Source of the DNA: Vulcanimicrobiota bacterium
GTDB taxonomy: Bacteria; Vulcanimicrobiota; Vulcanimicrobiia; Eremiobacterales; Eremiobacteraceae
NCBI GenBank assembly: GCA_963805945.1
Contig: CAWDVP010000003.1
Span: 96,001 to 160,000, forward strand
Length of the DNA: 64,000 bases
Reading direction: 5' to 3'
Part shown: positions 41,110-50,118 of the stretch, piece after piece
Numbering within the stretch: position 1 is the first letter of the stretch
Layout of the letters: every line of letters starts with the position of its first letter
The notes under the pieces: generated by a model
Database searches by the model: none
Told to the model about the DNA's origin: nothing
The model's input: only the letters and a program-made list of their open reading frames with translations
Program-made: the position numbers and the translations under genes

Positions 41110-41373
41110 GGCGCCGCGTCGAGTCGGTCCTGCGCCTCGGCCGCTCGCCGAATTCGGAAATTAGATATCGGCGGCTGCTTTCGCGCGCTCAGAATCCTCG
41201 GCTTTCAGGACCGGCTCGACCCCCGGCGCCTGCATCGCTAGGTCGCGAAGCTGCCGGAAGCGCCCAAGCCGGGGCGCTGGCGGAGGCGAAAGCCGACGCC
41301 ACCGAGGCGCGGGAGCTTCAAGTATCCCGAATGGAGCGCCGTCCCCGGCGGGGCGCTTCCGGAGCTCGCGACC
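41110..41373 (+). other. Structured intergenic element (candidate ncRNA or MITE)
   Basis: Long inverted-repeat pairs 41110-41132/41206-41230 and 41241-41265/41351-41373; internal UGGCG-GA-GGC-GAAA-GCC-GA-CGCCA hairpin. Confidence 0.5.
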
Positions 41374-41398
41374 ACAACGCTGAGAGCCACGATTGGGC

Positions 41399-41431
41399 AA
41401 AAGAAAAGAGCGCCTCCGGAGAGGCGCTCTT
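41399..41431 (-). terminator. Intrinsic terminator of the 41452-42897 gene
   Basis: AAGAGCGCCTC-CGGA-GAGGCGCTCTT followed by a T-rich tail on the minus strand. Confidence 0.8.
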
Positions 41432-41451
41432 CGCGTTGTGCGGGCTTGCGT

Positions 41452-42897
41452 CTAGAACCGCAGGCCCAGGCCGAGGTACGGACCCGAGTGCGAACGCGGG
41501 TACGTCTGGCCGTTCATCCCGGGACACGTGCTGGCCGGGTTGAGGCCCGAGCAGCTGACGATGTCAGTCGCTTGACCCTGCATGCGGTTGCCGCTGAAAC
41601 CGCCATACACGTAGATCGGCGAGTTACCGATGATGTACGAGACGCCGATGTCGTACTTGCTGATGCCGTACCGCTCGCGGTACTTGTTACCGAAGTTCGA
41701 ACTCATCGGATCGTTCACTTGGTACGTGCCGACCATGTTCGGGTAGTAGAAGTACGAACCGAACCACGTGAAGCCGCCCTTCGGATCGAGATTCGGCAGC
41801 GCCTCGAGACCGATGCCTTCACCTCTCAGCACCGGATACCCGTAGCTGGTGGTGAACTGGCCGTACGAGACGCCGACGCCCAGCCAAGGCCGCGCGATGG
41901 TGTACTCGGCACGGATGTCGACGTTCGCATCCTTGCCACGGAACGGCGGCGTGTAGCACATGCCGCCATCGATCGTGCTGAACACGGTCGTCGGATCACC
42001 GGGCAGTTGCGCACCGGGGCTCGCCTGCAGCGACGTGTGGCAGATCTGGTTCGGATCGTTCGGACCCGGCACCACGCCGTTGATGGTCGAATTGAACGTG
42101 TCCTGACGGAAGTCGATCTTCGCCGCGAACTCGCCCGCTTTGTAGGCGCCGGCGATGACGTAGGATCCACCGACGTCCTTCTGACCGGCCGCGAACTCGT
42201 TGTAGACGCGGCCTGACGTCAGACCGGCCTGCGCGAATCCGCGATAGACGAACGGCTTCGGCGTCGGTGTCGGCGGAAGCGTCGGCACTGGCGTCGGGGC
42301 GATCGTCGGCGGTGCGGTCGGGATCGGCGTCGGCGGGATGTAGCGCACCACAGCGATGCGGCGATCCGGCACCCACTGGACGTATGCGCCCAGGGCTTCG
42401 GACATCACGCGTATCGGCACGACGAGGACGCCCTTGTACATCTCGGGCGGCACGTCGAGCGGACGGGCCTCTCCGTTGATGACGGCTTCGGTCTTGCCGA
42501 GCGTCACTTGCACCGAGGCGCCCGGCTTCTGCGCCGTGACGGACTTGCTGGCAGCATCGTAGGTGACCTGAGCTCCCATTTCTTCGAACATGCTGCGCAG
42601 CGGCACCATGATGACGCCGTTCTTAACGATGACGGCAAGCACGCGGTTCTGCTTGAGCCGATCGGGATTGGCGTACACGTGGCGATCATTGTAAATTATC
42701 GGGATCTCACCTGACGGCGGTGAGCCGAAGTCAGCTATGGCGACCTGCGTGCCGGACGTTGCCAAAGTTGCCGTTCCGGACGCGATCGTCGCTTTGACCG
42801 CGGCAGCGTTGACAGCCGAACCGTCAGCGAAGCTGGGGGCGATCCCCGCGGCAACGAACAGCGTTGCTACGAAGGCCGCGACGTGGAGTTTTCTCAA
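41452..42897 (-). CDS. Copper-amine-oxidase-N (stalk) domain + Pro/Thr linker + putative beta-barrel
   Basis: GGAGGG RBS with TTG start; VPLRSMFEEMGAQVTYD, LDVPP..YKG..VVPIR.MSEALGA; ends GPYLGLGLRF. Confidence 0.8.
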   Translation of the reverse strand: MRKLHVAAFVATLFVAAGIAPSFADGSAVNAAAVKATIASGTATLATSGTQVAIADFGSPPSGEIPIIYNDRHVYANPDRLKQNRVLAVIVKNGVIMVPLRSMFEEMGAQVTYDAASKSVTAQKPGASVQVTLGKTEAVINGEARPLDVPPEMYKGVLVVPIRVMSEALGAYVQWVPDRRIAVVRYIPPTPIPTAPPTIAPTPVPTLPPTPTPKPFVYRGFAQAGLTSGRVYNEFAAGQKDVGGSYVIAGAYKAGEFAAKIDFRQDTFNSTINGVVPGPNDPNQICHTSLQASPGAQLPGDPTTVFSTIDGGMCYTPPFRGKDANVDIRAEYTIARPWLGVGVSYGQFTTSYGYPVLRGEGIGLEALPNLDPKGGFTWFGSYFYYPNMVGTYQVNDPMSSNFGNKYRERYGISKYDIGVSYIIGNSPIYVYGGFSGNRMQGQATDIVSCSGLNPASTCPGMNGQTYPRSHSGPYLGLGLRF

Positions 42898-43164
42898 CCT
42901 GTTACCCTCCTGGCTCGAAAGTGAAATAATATCTTTGATCCCCGTCTTCGTTGCGCTGGCTCCGATCGACCCGGCACTTTTCATGCCGCCACGCCCGCGA
43001 ACGGGAGACACACACGACGTGTCCCCAAAAAAGCAACCCTCAACCACACGGAAGTCCGGTGAAGGCCGCATTATGGGACTTTTCCCGTGCAGAACAGCAA
43101 GCCCTCCAATAGCATGAGGCTTTGCCGTCGCCGGTTCTCTTTGCGGGACACCTGAGTTGAGCCG

Positions 43165-43207
43165 AAAAAAGAAGATGGCGGCGGCGTCATTGACGCCACC
43201 GCCATTT
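43165..43207 (-). terminator. Intrinsic terminator of the 43229-44596 gene
   Basis: ATGGCGGCGGCGTCA-T-TGACGCCACCGCCAT inverted repeat with T6 on the minus strand. Confidence 0.75.
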
Positions 43208-43228
43208 CGGCGATTCGGGTTTTCCGCT

Positions 43229-44596
43229 CTAGAAGCGGAAGCCGAGGCCGACGTAGGGACCGGAGTGGGTCTGGTTGATCGGCGCGGCGTTGGTATGGAC
43301 CATCACGTCGCCGCCCCAGCCGCCGTACAGATACACCGGAATCGTCTTGCTGAACGATAGGGTGAGTCCGACGTCGTAGTTCTGCTGCCGATACGTCTGG
43401 CGGTATGTCGTGTTGAAGTTCGGGCTGTTCGGGTCGTTGACCGTGTAGTTGGCGCCCATGCTCGGGTAGTAGAAGTAGGATCCGTACACGCTGAACGTGT
43501 TCTGCAGATCAGGCAGTTTCTCGAGGCCGAAGCCAAAGCCGTTGAGCTTCGGATAGCCGTAGTTGGTCGCATCGCCATCGTAGCCGACACCGATGTAGAT
43601 GTGCGGATTGGCGACCATGTATTCCAAGCGTGCCTCACCGACGGTTTGGCGCGCCTTGAACTGCGGCACGTAGCACTGCCCGCCGTCGATCGTGTTGAAG
43701 ATCGTCACGGGAGTGCCCGGCAGCGACGGGTTCGGCGATAGCGACGGGTTGCAGATCTGGTTGGGATCTGTGAGCAGCGGCACCGTGCCGTTGACCGTCG
43801 TGTTGTACTGGTCGGAGATGAGTCCGGCCTTGATGGCGAACTTGTCGAACAGCAGCGCGCCGGAGTACTGGTAGCTTCCGGTCGTCGTCGCTTGCGCGGC
43901 GAATTCGTTGGAGACGCGGTGGAAGGTGTACGCTCCCTGGACGAATCCGGTGTACGACGGAGCGGCCGGGGCCGGCGTCGGCGTCGGAGTCGGGGCGGGT
44001 GTTGACGGCGGCGGCGGCGGAGCCGTCGGCGGCGGTGTCGGGATCGGCGTCGGCGGGATGTAGCGCACTACGGCGACGCGGCGATCCGGCACCCACTGGA
44101 CATATGCGCCCAGGGCTTCGGACATCACGCGCACGGGCACGACGACGGCGCCTTTGTAGATCTCAGCCGGCACGTCGAGCGGACGGGCCTCGCCGTTGAT
44201 CGTGGCTTCGGCCTTGCCGACCGTCACCTGGACCGAGGCGCCTGGCTTTTGGGCGGTCGCGGTCTTGCTCGCGGCATCCCAGGTCACCGAAGCACCCATG
44301 GCTTCGAACATGCTGCGCAACGGCACCAAAATCGTGCCATCCTTGACCAGCGCTGCGAGAACGCGGTTCTGCTTGAGCCGGTCGGGATTCGCATAGACGT
44401 GATGGTCGTTATAGAGGATGGGAATTTCGCCCGACGGCGGAGAGCCGAAGTTCATGGGTGCCATGGCATCGGCGACACGCACGCTCGGGGCGGCGAAGGC
44501 CTGACCGTGGGTGTCCGCCATACTCGGCCCTGCCGAGAAGGCGAACGCCGCCACGGCAAGAGCCGCGACCGCGAAACCAGTGTGCAATTTCTTCAA
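43229..44596 (-). CDS. Copper-amine-oxidase-N (stalk) domain + Pro/Thr linker + putative beta-barrel (paralog)
   Basis: AGGAGG RBS with TTG start; same domain order; ends GPYVGLGFRF. Confidence 0.8.
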   Translation of the reverse strand: MKKLHTGFAVAALAVAAFAFSAGPSMADTHGQAFAAPSVRVADAMAPMNFGSPPSGEIPILYNDHHVYANPDRLKQNRVLAALVKDGTILVPLRSMFEAMGASVTWDAASKTATAQKPGASVQVTVGKAEATINGEARPLDVPAEIYKGAVVVPVRVMSEALGAYVQWVPDRRVAVVRYIPPTPIPTPPPTAPPPPPSTPAPTPTPTPAPAAPSYTGFVQGAYTFHRVSNEFAAQATTTGSYQYSGALLFDKFAIKAGLISDQYNTTVNGTVPLLTDPNQICNPSLSPNPSLPGTPVTIFNTIDGGQCYVPQFKARQTVGEARLEYMVANPHIYIGVGYDGDATNYGYPKLNGFGFGLEKLPDLQNTFSVYGSYFYYPSMGANYTVNDPNSPNFNTTYRQTYRQQNYDVGLTLSFSKTIPVYLYGGWGGDVMVHTNAAPINQTHSGPYVGLGFRF

Positions 44597-44657
44597 AACG
44601 GATCCTCCTAAGATTTCTTCGAAAACGACCCTGGCGGTCGCCAGTGCCGAAAAACTG

Positions 44658-44686
44658 ATTATACCCAACGCGCTTGGGCTTTTCAC
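44658..44686 (-). promoter_or_regulatory. Sigma70-type promoter candidate
   Basis: GTGAAA-17 nt-TATAAT on the minus strand, about 60 nt upstream of the start. Confidence 0.6.
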
Positions 44687-44900
44687 GAGCTTCCGCCATT
44701 CTGCTGAGACGTGTCCCGCGAGTGGCTTCGGTGTGGGGCGCTGGCAGCGGCGCGGTGCGGTCCCATACCCCTCCTGGCTTCCTCTGATTCCTCCTCAATC
44801 CCTCCGGCAGTGGGGCTTTCCGGTCACGCGACGAGACATTAATAGCATGGCTCACGCACGGGCGGACAGCACAAGCCGCAGCGCGAAACGCGAGCGTATT

Positions 44901-45680
44901 ATGCCCGAAGTGACCGTGCGCGTGACGCTCCTCGAGAAGTCACCGTCTCCCACCGCGATGACTGCGACCGCCGCTCGCACGTGCTATTCGGCCAACGCGC
45001 CGGACGCGATCGTGGAGCGCTGGCGCACCCAGCCTGAAGATATGATTAAGACGGTGGATCGGGTGCGCATCGCGGGCCATCACTCGACGCTCGAGCACAA
45101 TATCTACGTGTTCGGCGTCACCGGCCTCTCGCGCGCGGCATCGCATCAGCTGGTGCGTCACCGCCATCTGCAATTCGATCAGCAAAGCCAACGCTATCTC
45201 GCGTTCAAGAACGCCGAGTTCCCGTTCGTCAAGCCCAAACGCATCGCGTCGCTGCCCGAGGTGTCCGCCAGATTCGACGCGCTCATGCACGAGGCCGGGT
45301 TGGCGTATCAGGCGATGCTTGCCGCCGGCATCCCAAGCGAAGACGCGCGCTTCGTGCTGCCGAACGCGACCGCGAGCCAGCTGGTGGTGTCGGGCAACGC
45401 ACGCGCATGGTATGAGTTCCTCACGTTGCGCACGTGCAACATGGCGCAATGGGAGATCCGCGAGATGTCGTTCCAGGTGCTGCGCGTCCTCAAGCGCGAG
45501 GACCCGGTGCTGTTCAAGGATGCGGGCGCGACATGCGTGCGAGGATTTTGCCACGAACCGCAAGGCCCGAGCTGCCCGCGTTACATCGCGGTGGCGAAGG
45601 CGCAGATCAAAGAAGCGGAAGGCGCGCAGCGCTGGCTCACGGCCAGTGCGGATAAGAAGAACGCGAAGACGGTCGAATAG
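44901..45680 (+). CDS. thyX: FAD-dependent thymidylate synthase
   Basis: GHHSTLEH, SRAASHQLVRHR...QQSQRY, EDARFVLPNA, AQWEIR. Confidence 0.95.
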   Translation: MPEVTVRVTLLEKSPSPTAMTATAARTCYSANAPDAIVERWRTQPEDMIKTVDRVRIAGHHSTLEHNIYVFGVTGLSRAASHQLVRHRHLQFDQQSQRYLAFKNAEFPFVKPKRIASLPEVSARFDALMHEAGLAYQAMLAAGIPSEDARFVLPNATASQLVVSGNARAWYEFLTLRTCNMAQWEIREMSFQVLRVLKREDPVLFKDAGATCVRGFCHEPQGPSCPRYIAVAKAQIKEAEGAQRWLTASADKKNAKTVE

Positions 45681-45686
45681 GCTCGA

Positions 45687-45712
45687 GGGTCGATCTAAAG
45701 ATCGACCCCTAC
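45687..45712 (-). repeat. GTAG-family REP (compensatory variant)
   Basis: GGGTCGATCTAAAGATCGACCCCTAC. Confidence 0.88.
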
Positions 45713-46248
45713 ATAATCGTCCGCAGGTCGGCGTCGAGCATCTCCGGCGTCAGCTGCCCCACGTGCACCGCGCGCAGTACGCCGCCCGCGTCGATGAACA
45801 ACGTGGCGGGGATCGCGTTGACGCCGTACACCTCGACGGCGGGTCCGGTGTCGATCACGATCGGATATGTGACGCCGTGCGCGGCCGCGAAAGCGCGCAC
45901 CTCATGCGGGCCTTCTTGTTGATCCACGCCGAGCACCGTGAGACCGCTGGCTCTCGCGGCGACATAGCGCGACTCGACGAGCGGCAGTTCCGCTTTGCAC
46001 GGCTCGCACCACGTCGCGAAGAAATTGACGACGAGCGGCCGGCCGAAGAACGTGCTCAGCCGGCGCGCGTGTCCATCGAGCGTCACCAGCGAGACATCGG
46101 GCGCGGGCGCGCCGATGGCGGCACGGCCGTACGTGACCCCGGTGCCCGCGCGGAAACGCACGAGATCGACATAGAGAAGCGCGGCGGCGAGGCAGAAGAG
46201 CACCGCCACCACGATCCATCCCAGGCGATAGCGAGCATCGACGTTCAT
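45709..46248 (-). CDS. TlpA/ResA family thiol-disulfide reductase
   Basis: N-terminal TM, NFFATWCEPCKAE, IPATLFID. Confidence 0.92.
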   Translation of the reverse strand: MNVDARYRLGWIVVAVLFCLAAALLYVDLVRFRAGTGVTYGRAAIGAPAPDVSLVTLDGHARRLSTFFGRPLVVNFFATWCEPCKAELPLVESRYVAARASGLTVLGVDQQEGPHEVRAFAAAHGVTYPIVIDTGPAVEVYGVNAIPATLFIDAGGVLRAVHVGQLTPEMLDADLRTIM

Positions 46249-46317
46249 GGGACGGCGGATTCGACGCAGGCGCGGACGATTCCGTGTGACGGAAGACCAC
46301 GACCGCACAAAGTTCGC

Positions 46318-46336
46318 ATATTCGATTGTTGACTAT
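46318..46336. promoter_or_regulatory. Possible MarR operator
   Basis: AT-rich imperfect palindrome ATATTCGA-TTG-TTGACTAT between divergent tlpA and marR. Confidence 0.4.
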
Positions 46337-46375
46337 ATAAAGGATGGCGGCCGGCGCGGACGGAAGGCGCCGCGC

Positions 46376-46879
46376 ATGGCCATCAACGCAGCGCGCACGC
46401 GCGCGACGGGTCGGAGCGGCGCCGCGAAGCGCGCCGTCAACGGCGCGCACGCCCCGGGTTCTGATGCCTGGCGCCTCATGATCGAGTTCTTCCAATCGCA
46501 ACGCCATCATTTCGAGCGCGCCGCCGCCTCCTTCGACCTCACCAAACAGCAGTCGCACGCGCTGCACGTCCTCACCAACGACGGACCGCGCTCCATGAGC
46601 GAGCTCGCCGAGATCCTCGCGTGCGATGCGTCCAACGTCACCGGTCTGATCGACCGGCTCGAGGCCCGCGAACTCGTCGAGCGGCACAGCGTGCCCAACG
46701 ATCGCCGCATGCGCATGCTGGCGGTGACGCCCGCCGGCGCCCGCCTGTATCGCAGGCTCGCTGCGCGGGTCGCCGAAGCGCCGCCGGCCATCGCCGCTTT
46801 GCCGCAGGAAGAGCAGCGGCAACTGCGGGGCATGCTGATCCGCTTGCTGCAGCAGACCCGCCGAGCGAGCGCATCGTGA
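46376..46879 (+). CDS. MarR family regulator
   Basis: SMSELAEILACDASNVTGLIDRLE...DRR....VTPAG. Confidence 0.92.
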   Translation: MAINAARTRATGRSGAAKRAVNGAHAPGSDAWRLMIEFFQSQRHHFERAAASFDLTKQQSHALHVLTNDGPRSMSELAEILACDASNVTGLIDRLEARELVERHSVPNDRRMRMLAVTPAGARLYRRLAARVAEAPPAIAALPQEEQRQLRGMLIRLLQQTRRASAS

Positions 46880-46965
46880 GGGAGAAACTTCGCCCCGGCG
46901 CTGGAGGTATCGGAAGGGTAACGCCTTCCACGGCAAACCTCAGACGAAAGGACTATGCTTTTCCG

Positions 46966-48210
46966 ATGAACGTCCGCAACTGGCGCATGGCCATGGCGTG
47001 CGTCGCCATGGCGGCGACGATCGCGTCGCTCGCCGCATGTTCCAAAGGAGACCAGCAGAAGAAGGCCCCCGCCCTCCCCGTCTCCGCGATCGCCGCGAAA
47101 CGCAGCGACATCACGCAGACCTTCTCCCTCACCGGCGTGGTCGCGCCGCGCCAGCAGGCGGTGCTCTCGTCGGTCGCCTCCGGCGAAGTGCAAGACGTCT
47201 ACGTCCACCTCGGGCAGCACGTGACCGCCGGCCAGCCGCTGGTCCGGATCGATTCCGCCGTCTTGCAGGCGCAAGCCGCGCAGGCGGCCGCGCATCTCGC
47301 GTCGGTGCAGGCGACGAGCACCGGCGGCGACGCGACCACGAAAGCCAACCTCGTCTCGGCGAAGGTCGCCTACGGCAACGCCGAGTCGAACCTCCACCGA
47401 AACCAAGCGCTCTTCAAGCAAGGCTACGTGAGTCAGACGGCGCTCGATCAAGCGCAGAACGAAGCGGCCGTCGCCGAATCAGCGTACGAGGCGGCGCAGG
47501 TCGCCGCCCAAAACGCCAGCATGCAATCGGGCGACAGCACCGCCAAGGCGGAGCTGGCGAGCGCGCGAGCGCTGCTCGACGCCGTCAATATGCAGATCGC
47601 GCAGACGAACGTCTCCGCGCCGTTCGACGGCATCGTCACCGCGCGCAGCGTCGACCGCGGCGCGCTTGCCAGTCCGGGCACGGCGCTCGTCACCGTCTCG
47701 CAGCTCGACCCTGCGTGGGTGAACGTCGGCATCCCGGATGACAATCTCGCCTTCGTCAAGACCGGCACGCCGGTGGACATCACGGTCGACACGATGCCTG
47801 GCCGCGTCTGGCATGCCCACGTCGACGTGGTCAACGCGGCCGCCTCCGCCGGCACGCTGAGCTACCTCACGCACATCGTCGTCCCCAATCCGGACACGAC
47901 GCTGCGCGGCGGCATGGTCGCCAACGTGCGCTTCCAGCAGGCGACGCATCGCGACGTCGTCGTCGTGCCGCGCGTGGCGGTGTTCCAGACCGAAGCAGGC
48001 AATGCGTTGTACGTAGTGGTGGACGGCAAGGCGAAGTCGGTGCCGGTGAAGACCGGCCTGCAGACCCAAGACATGGTCGAGGTGTCCGGCATCGAGCCGG
48101 GCGCGCAGGTCATCACGCAGCGGCCGGACTCGTTGCAGGACGGCTCCGTCGTCAGCGTGGTAGCTACCCAGGACGGCCCCGCACCATCTGCATCGCGGAC
48201 ATCGCAATGA
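46966..48210 (+). CDS. Efflux membrane fusion (periplasmic adaptor) lipoprotein
   Basis: Lipobox LAAC; G..VTAGQPL, APFDGIV, LRGGM, VKTG. Confidence 0.9.
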   Translation: MNVRNWRMAMACVAMAATIASLAACSKGDQQKKAPALPVSAIAAKRSDITQTFSLTGVVAPRQQAVLSSVASGEVQDVYVHLGQHVTAGQPLVRIDSAVLQAQAAQAAAHLASVQATSTGGDATTKANLVSAKVAYGNAESNLHRNQALFKQGYVSQTALDQAQNEAAVAESAYEAAQVAAQNASMQSGDSTAKAELASARALLDAVNMQIAQTNVSAPFDGIVTARSVDRGALASPGTALVTVSQLDPAWVNVGIPDDNLAFVKTGTPVDITVDTMPGRVWHAHVDVVNAAASAGTLSYLTHIVVPNPDTTLRGGMVANVRFQQATHRDVVVVPRVAVFQTEAGNALYVVVDGKAKSVPVKTGLQTQDMVEVSGIEPGAQVITQRPDSLQDGSVVSVVATQDGPAPSASRTSQ

Positions 48211-48244
48211 ACAGCGGACACACACGACGAGTAGAGGAGAGAGT

Positions 48245-49654
48245 ATGACCTGGCGCATCGCCACATGGTGCTTTGTTCTGATGATCGCTGCGACCGGGCG
48301 GTCGTATGCGGCTGCGGTGCCGACCATGGCGCCGCTGCCGACCCCGACGCCGTACGCGACGGCGACGCCGATGCCGGGCGGCGCCTCCATCGCCGGCTCG
48401 CCTGCGCCGCTGACGCTGCAACAGGCGAAGATGATCGCGGTCAAGCAATCGCCGACGCTCGAGCTCGCGCGCGCCTCGCTCGATCTCGCGGGCGGCACGC
48501 TCGAAGTCGCCAACAGCGCGGCATATCCGAACATCAGCGCCTCGGGCAACGCCGGCCGCACAAAAGGCAACATCAGGGCCGGCGCGGTCGGCAGCGCCAC
48601 CTCAGCCTTGTTCACCTCCAACAACATCAGCGCGAACATCAGCCAGCTCATCTTCGACGCCGGCAACACGTACGCGAAGATCAGCAGCGCGAAGCACAGC
48701 GAGAACGCCGCGCGCTTGAACGCGCTGCATTCGGTGGACACCGTGCTGTTCAACGTCGCGCAGGCGTTCTACACGGCGCTGCAAGCGCGCTTCCTCTACG
48801 AGTCGGCGATCGAAGCCCGCAAACTCGCCGAGGTCCAGGAGCAGCTCGTCGAAGCGCAATTCAAAGCGGGCGTCGCCTCGAGGGCCGACGTCCTCACGGC
48901 GCAGCTGCCGGTGGCGCAGGCGCGCCTTGCGGAAGTCCAAGCGGCCAACGGCGAGCAGTCCAATATCGCCGCGCTCCTCAACACCATGGGGCTGCCATCC
49001 GACACGCCGGTGACGCTCGTCGCGCAGCCGGCGCAGACGGTGCCGGTGATGCCGACATACGCCAGCGTCGAGGCGATCGCCGCGGCGCAGCGCACCGACC
49101 TCCAGGCGGCCAATGAGTCGTTCACCGCGGCATCGCGCCTCGTGCGGGCCGCGCGAGCCGCGAAGTATCCGAAACTCGTGGCGACGGGCAGCATCGGCAG
49201 CGCAACGACCGGTCAAGACGGCGCCGGGAACTTCGCCACCAACGGCGGCAACTACACGAGCACGTACAATTTCGGCGTGGCGCTGACGATGCCGATCTTC
49301 GATAGCGGCTTCACCAACGGCGAGGTCGCGATCGCGGAGGCGAACGAGCGGAGCGCGCAAGCGAATCTCACCACCACCCAGCTCAACGTGTCGCTCACCG
49401 TGCGCCAAGCGTACTTGGCCGCACAGACGGCGATCCAAGGCGTCGGCGCGGCGAAGGTAGAGCTGGATCAGGCGCAGACCGTGCTCGACGTCACCAACGC
49501 GCAGTTCAAAGCCGGCGTGACGACGCTGCCGCTGCTGCTCAACGCGCAGGTCGGCCTGACGAAGGCGCGCTCGGACTACATCAACGCGCTGTTCGCCGCC
49601 TACACCGCGGAGCAAAGCCTGTTCTTGGCCGAGGGCGTCATCTCGGCGCGTTGA
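48245..49654 (+). CDS. TolC family outer-membrane factor
   Basis: Two OEP repeats (AYPNIS...IFD; KYPKL...MPIFDSG), FKAGV. Confidence 0.9.
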   Translation: MTWRIATWCFVLMIAATGRSYAAAVPTMAPLPTPTPYATATPMPGGASIAGSPAPLTLQQAKMIAVKQSPTLELARASLDLAGGTLEVANSAAYPNISASGNAGRTKGNIRAGAVGSATSALFTSNNISANISQLIFDAGNTYAKISSAKHSENAARLNALHSVDTVLFNVAQAFYTALQARFLYESAIEARKLAEVQEQLVEAQFKAGVASRADVLTAQLPVAQARLAEVQAANGEQSNIAALLNTMGLPSDTPVTLVAQPAQTVPVMPTYASVEAIAAAQRTDLQAANESFTAASRLVRAARAAKYPKLVATGSIGSATTGQDGAGNFATNGGNYTSTYNFGVALTMPIFDSGFTNGEVAIAEANERSAQANLTTTQLNVSLTVRQAYLAAQTAIQGVGAAKVELDQAQTVLDVTNAQFKAGVTTLPLLLNAQVGLTKARSDYINALFAAYTAEQSLFLAEGVISAR

Positions 49655-49725
49655 CGCCGATGATGCGCGCTCGCCCGCGCGGACGCGCAAAGGGCGCGCC
49701 AGCGCGCGGCGAGAACGGGTCAGGC

Positions 49726-50118
49726 ATGCACCGGATGAACGGCCGTGCGCTCGTCGTCGCGGTCCTTATGCTGGCGACGGCCGGTCTGACGGCCTGTCAA
49801 GAACATACGAATTCGCCCGTCGTCACCATCAACATACGCGGCGACCGGGGCGAGAACTCGTTCGCGCCCGGCAACGTCTCGGTCAATATGGGGACGCTCA
49901 TCACATGGGTCAACCAGGATTCGCAGCCGCACACGGTCACCTCGCCCGGCGCTTTCGATTCGGGGCCGATCGCGCCCAACGGCGGCCGCTGGTCGTGGGT
50001 GGCGCATCTGCCCGGCACGTGGACCTACACGAGTCTCACCAATCCGAACATGAGCGGCTCGATCACCATCGTCGTGCCGGGGCCGCAAGCAGCGCAGCCG
50101 CCGCCCGCGTCGCAGTAG
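49726..50118 (+). CDS. Cupredoxin/plastocyanin-like lipoprotein with degenerate copper site
   Basis: Lipobox LTAC; FAP..V.V..GT.ITWVN.D..PHTVT, FDSG; YTSLTNPNMSG. Confidence 0.75.
   Translation: MHRMNGRALVVAVLMLATAGLTACQEHTNSPVVTINIRGDRGENSFAPGNVSVNMGTLITWVNQDSQPHTVTSPGAFDSGPIAPNGGRWSWVAHLPGTWTYTSLTNPNMSGSITIVVPGPQAAQPPPASQ

Noticed and set aside
41200..41236. Resemblance of TTTCAGGACCGGCTCGACCCCCGGCGCCTGCA to a tmRNA/tRNA 3' end
   Set aside because: T-loop is not GTTCGA, there is no CCA end or matching 5' acceptor strand, and the segment pairs better with 41110-41132
44901..45680. thyX as a prophage marker
   Set aside because: No phage or integrase genes nearby; ordinary chromosomal context
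46895..46960. c-di-GMP-I riboswitch from GGCAAACC...GACG.AAAG
   Set aside because: The P2 hairpin with GNRA loop and the P3 stem are missing
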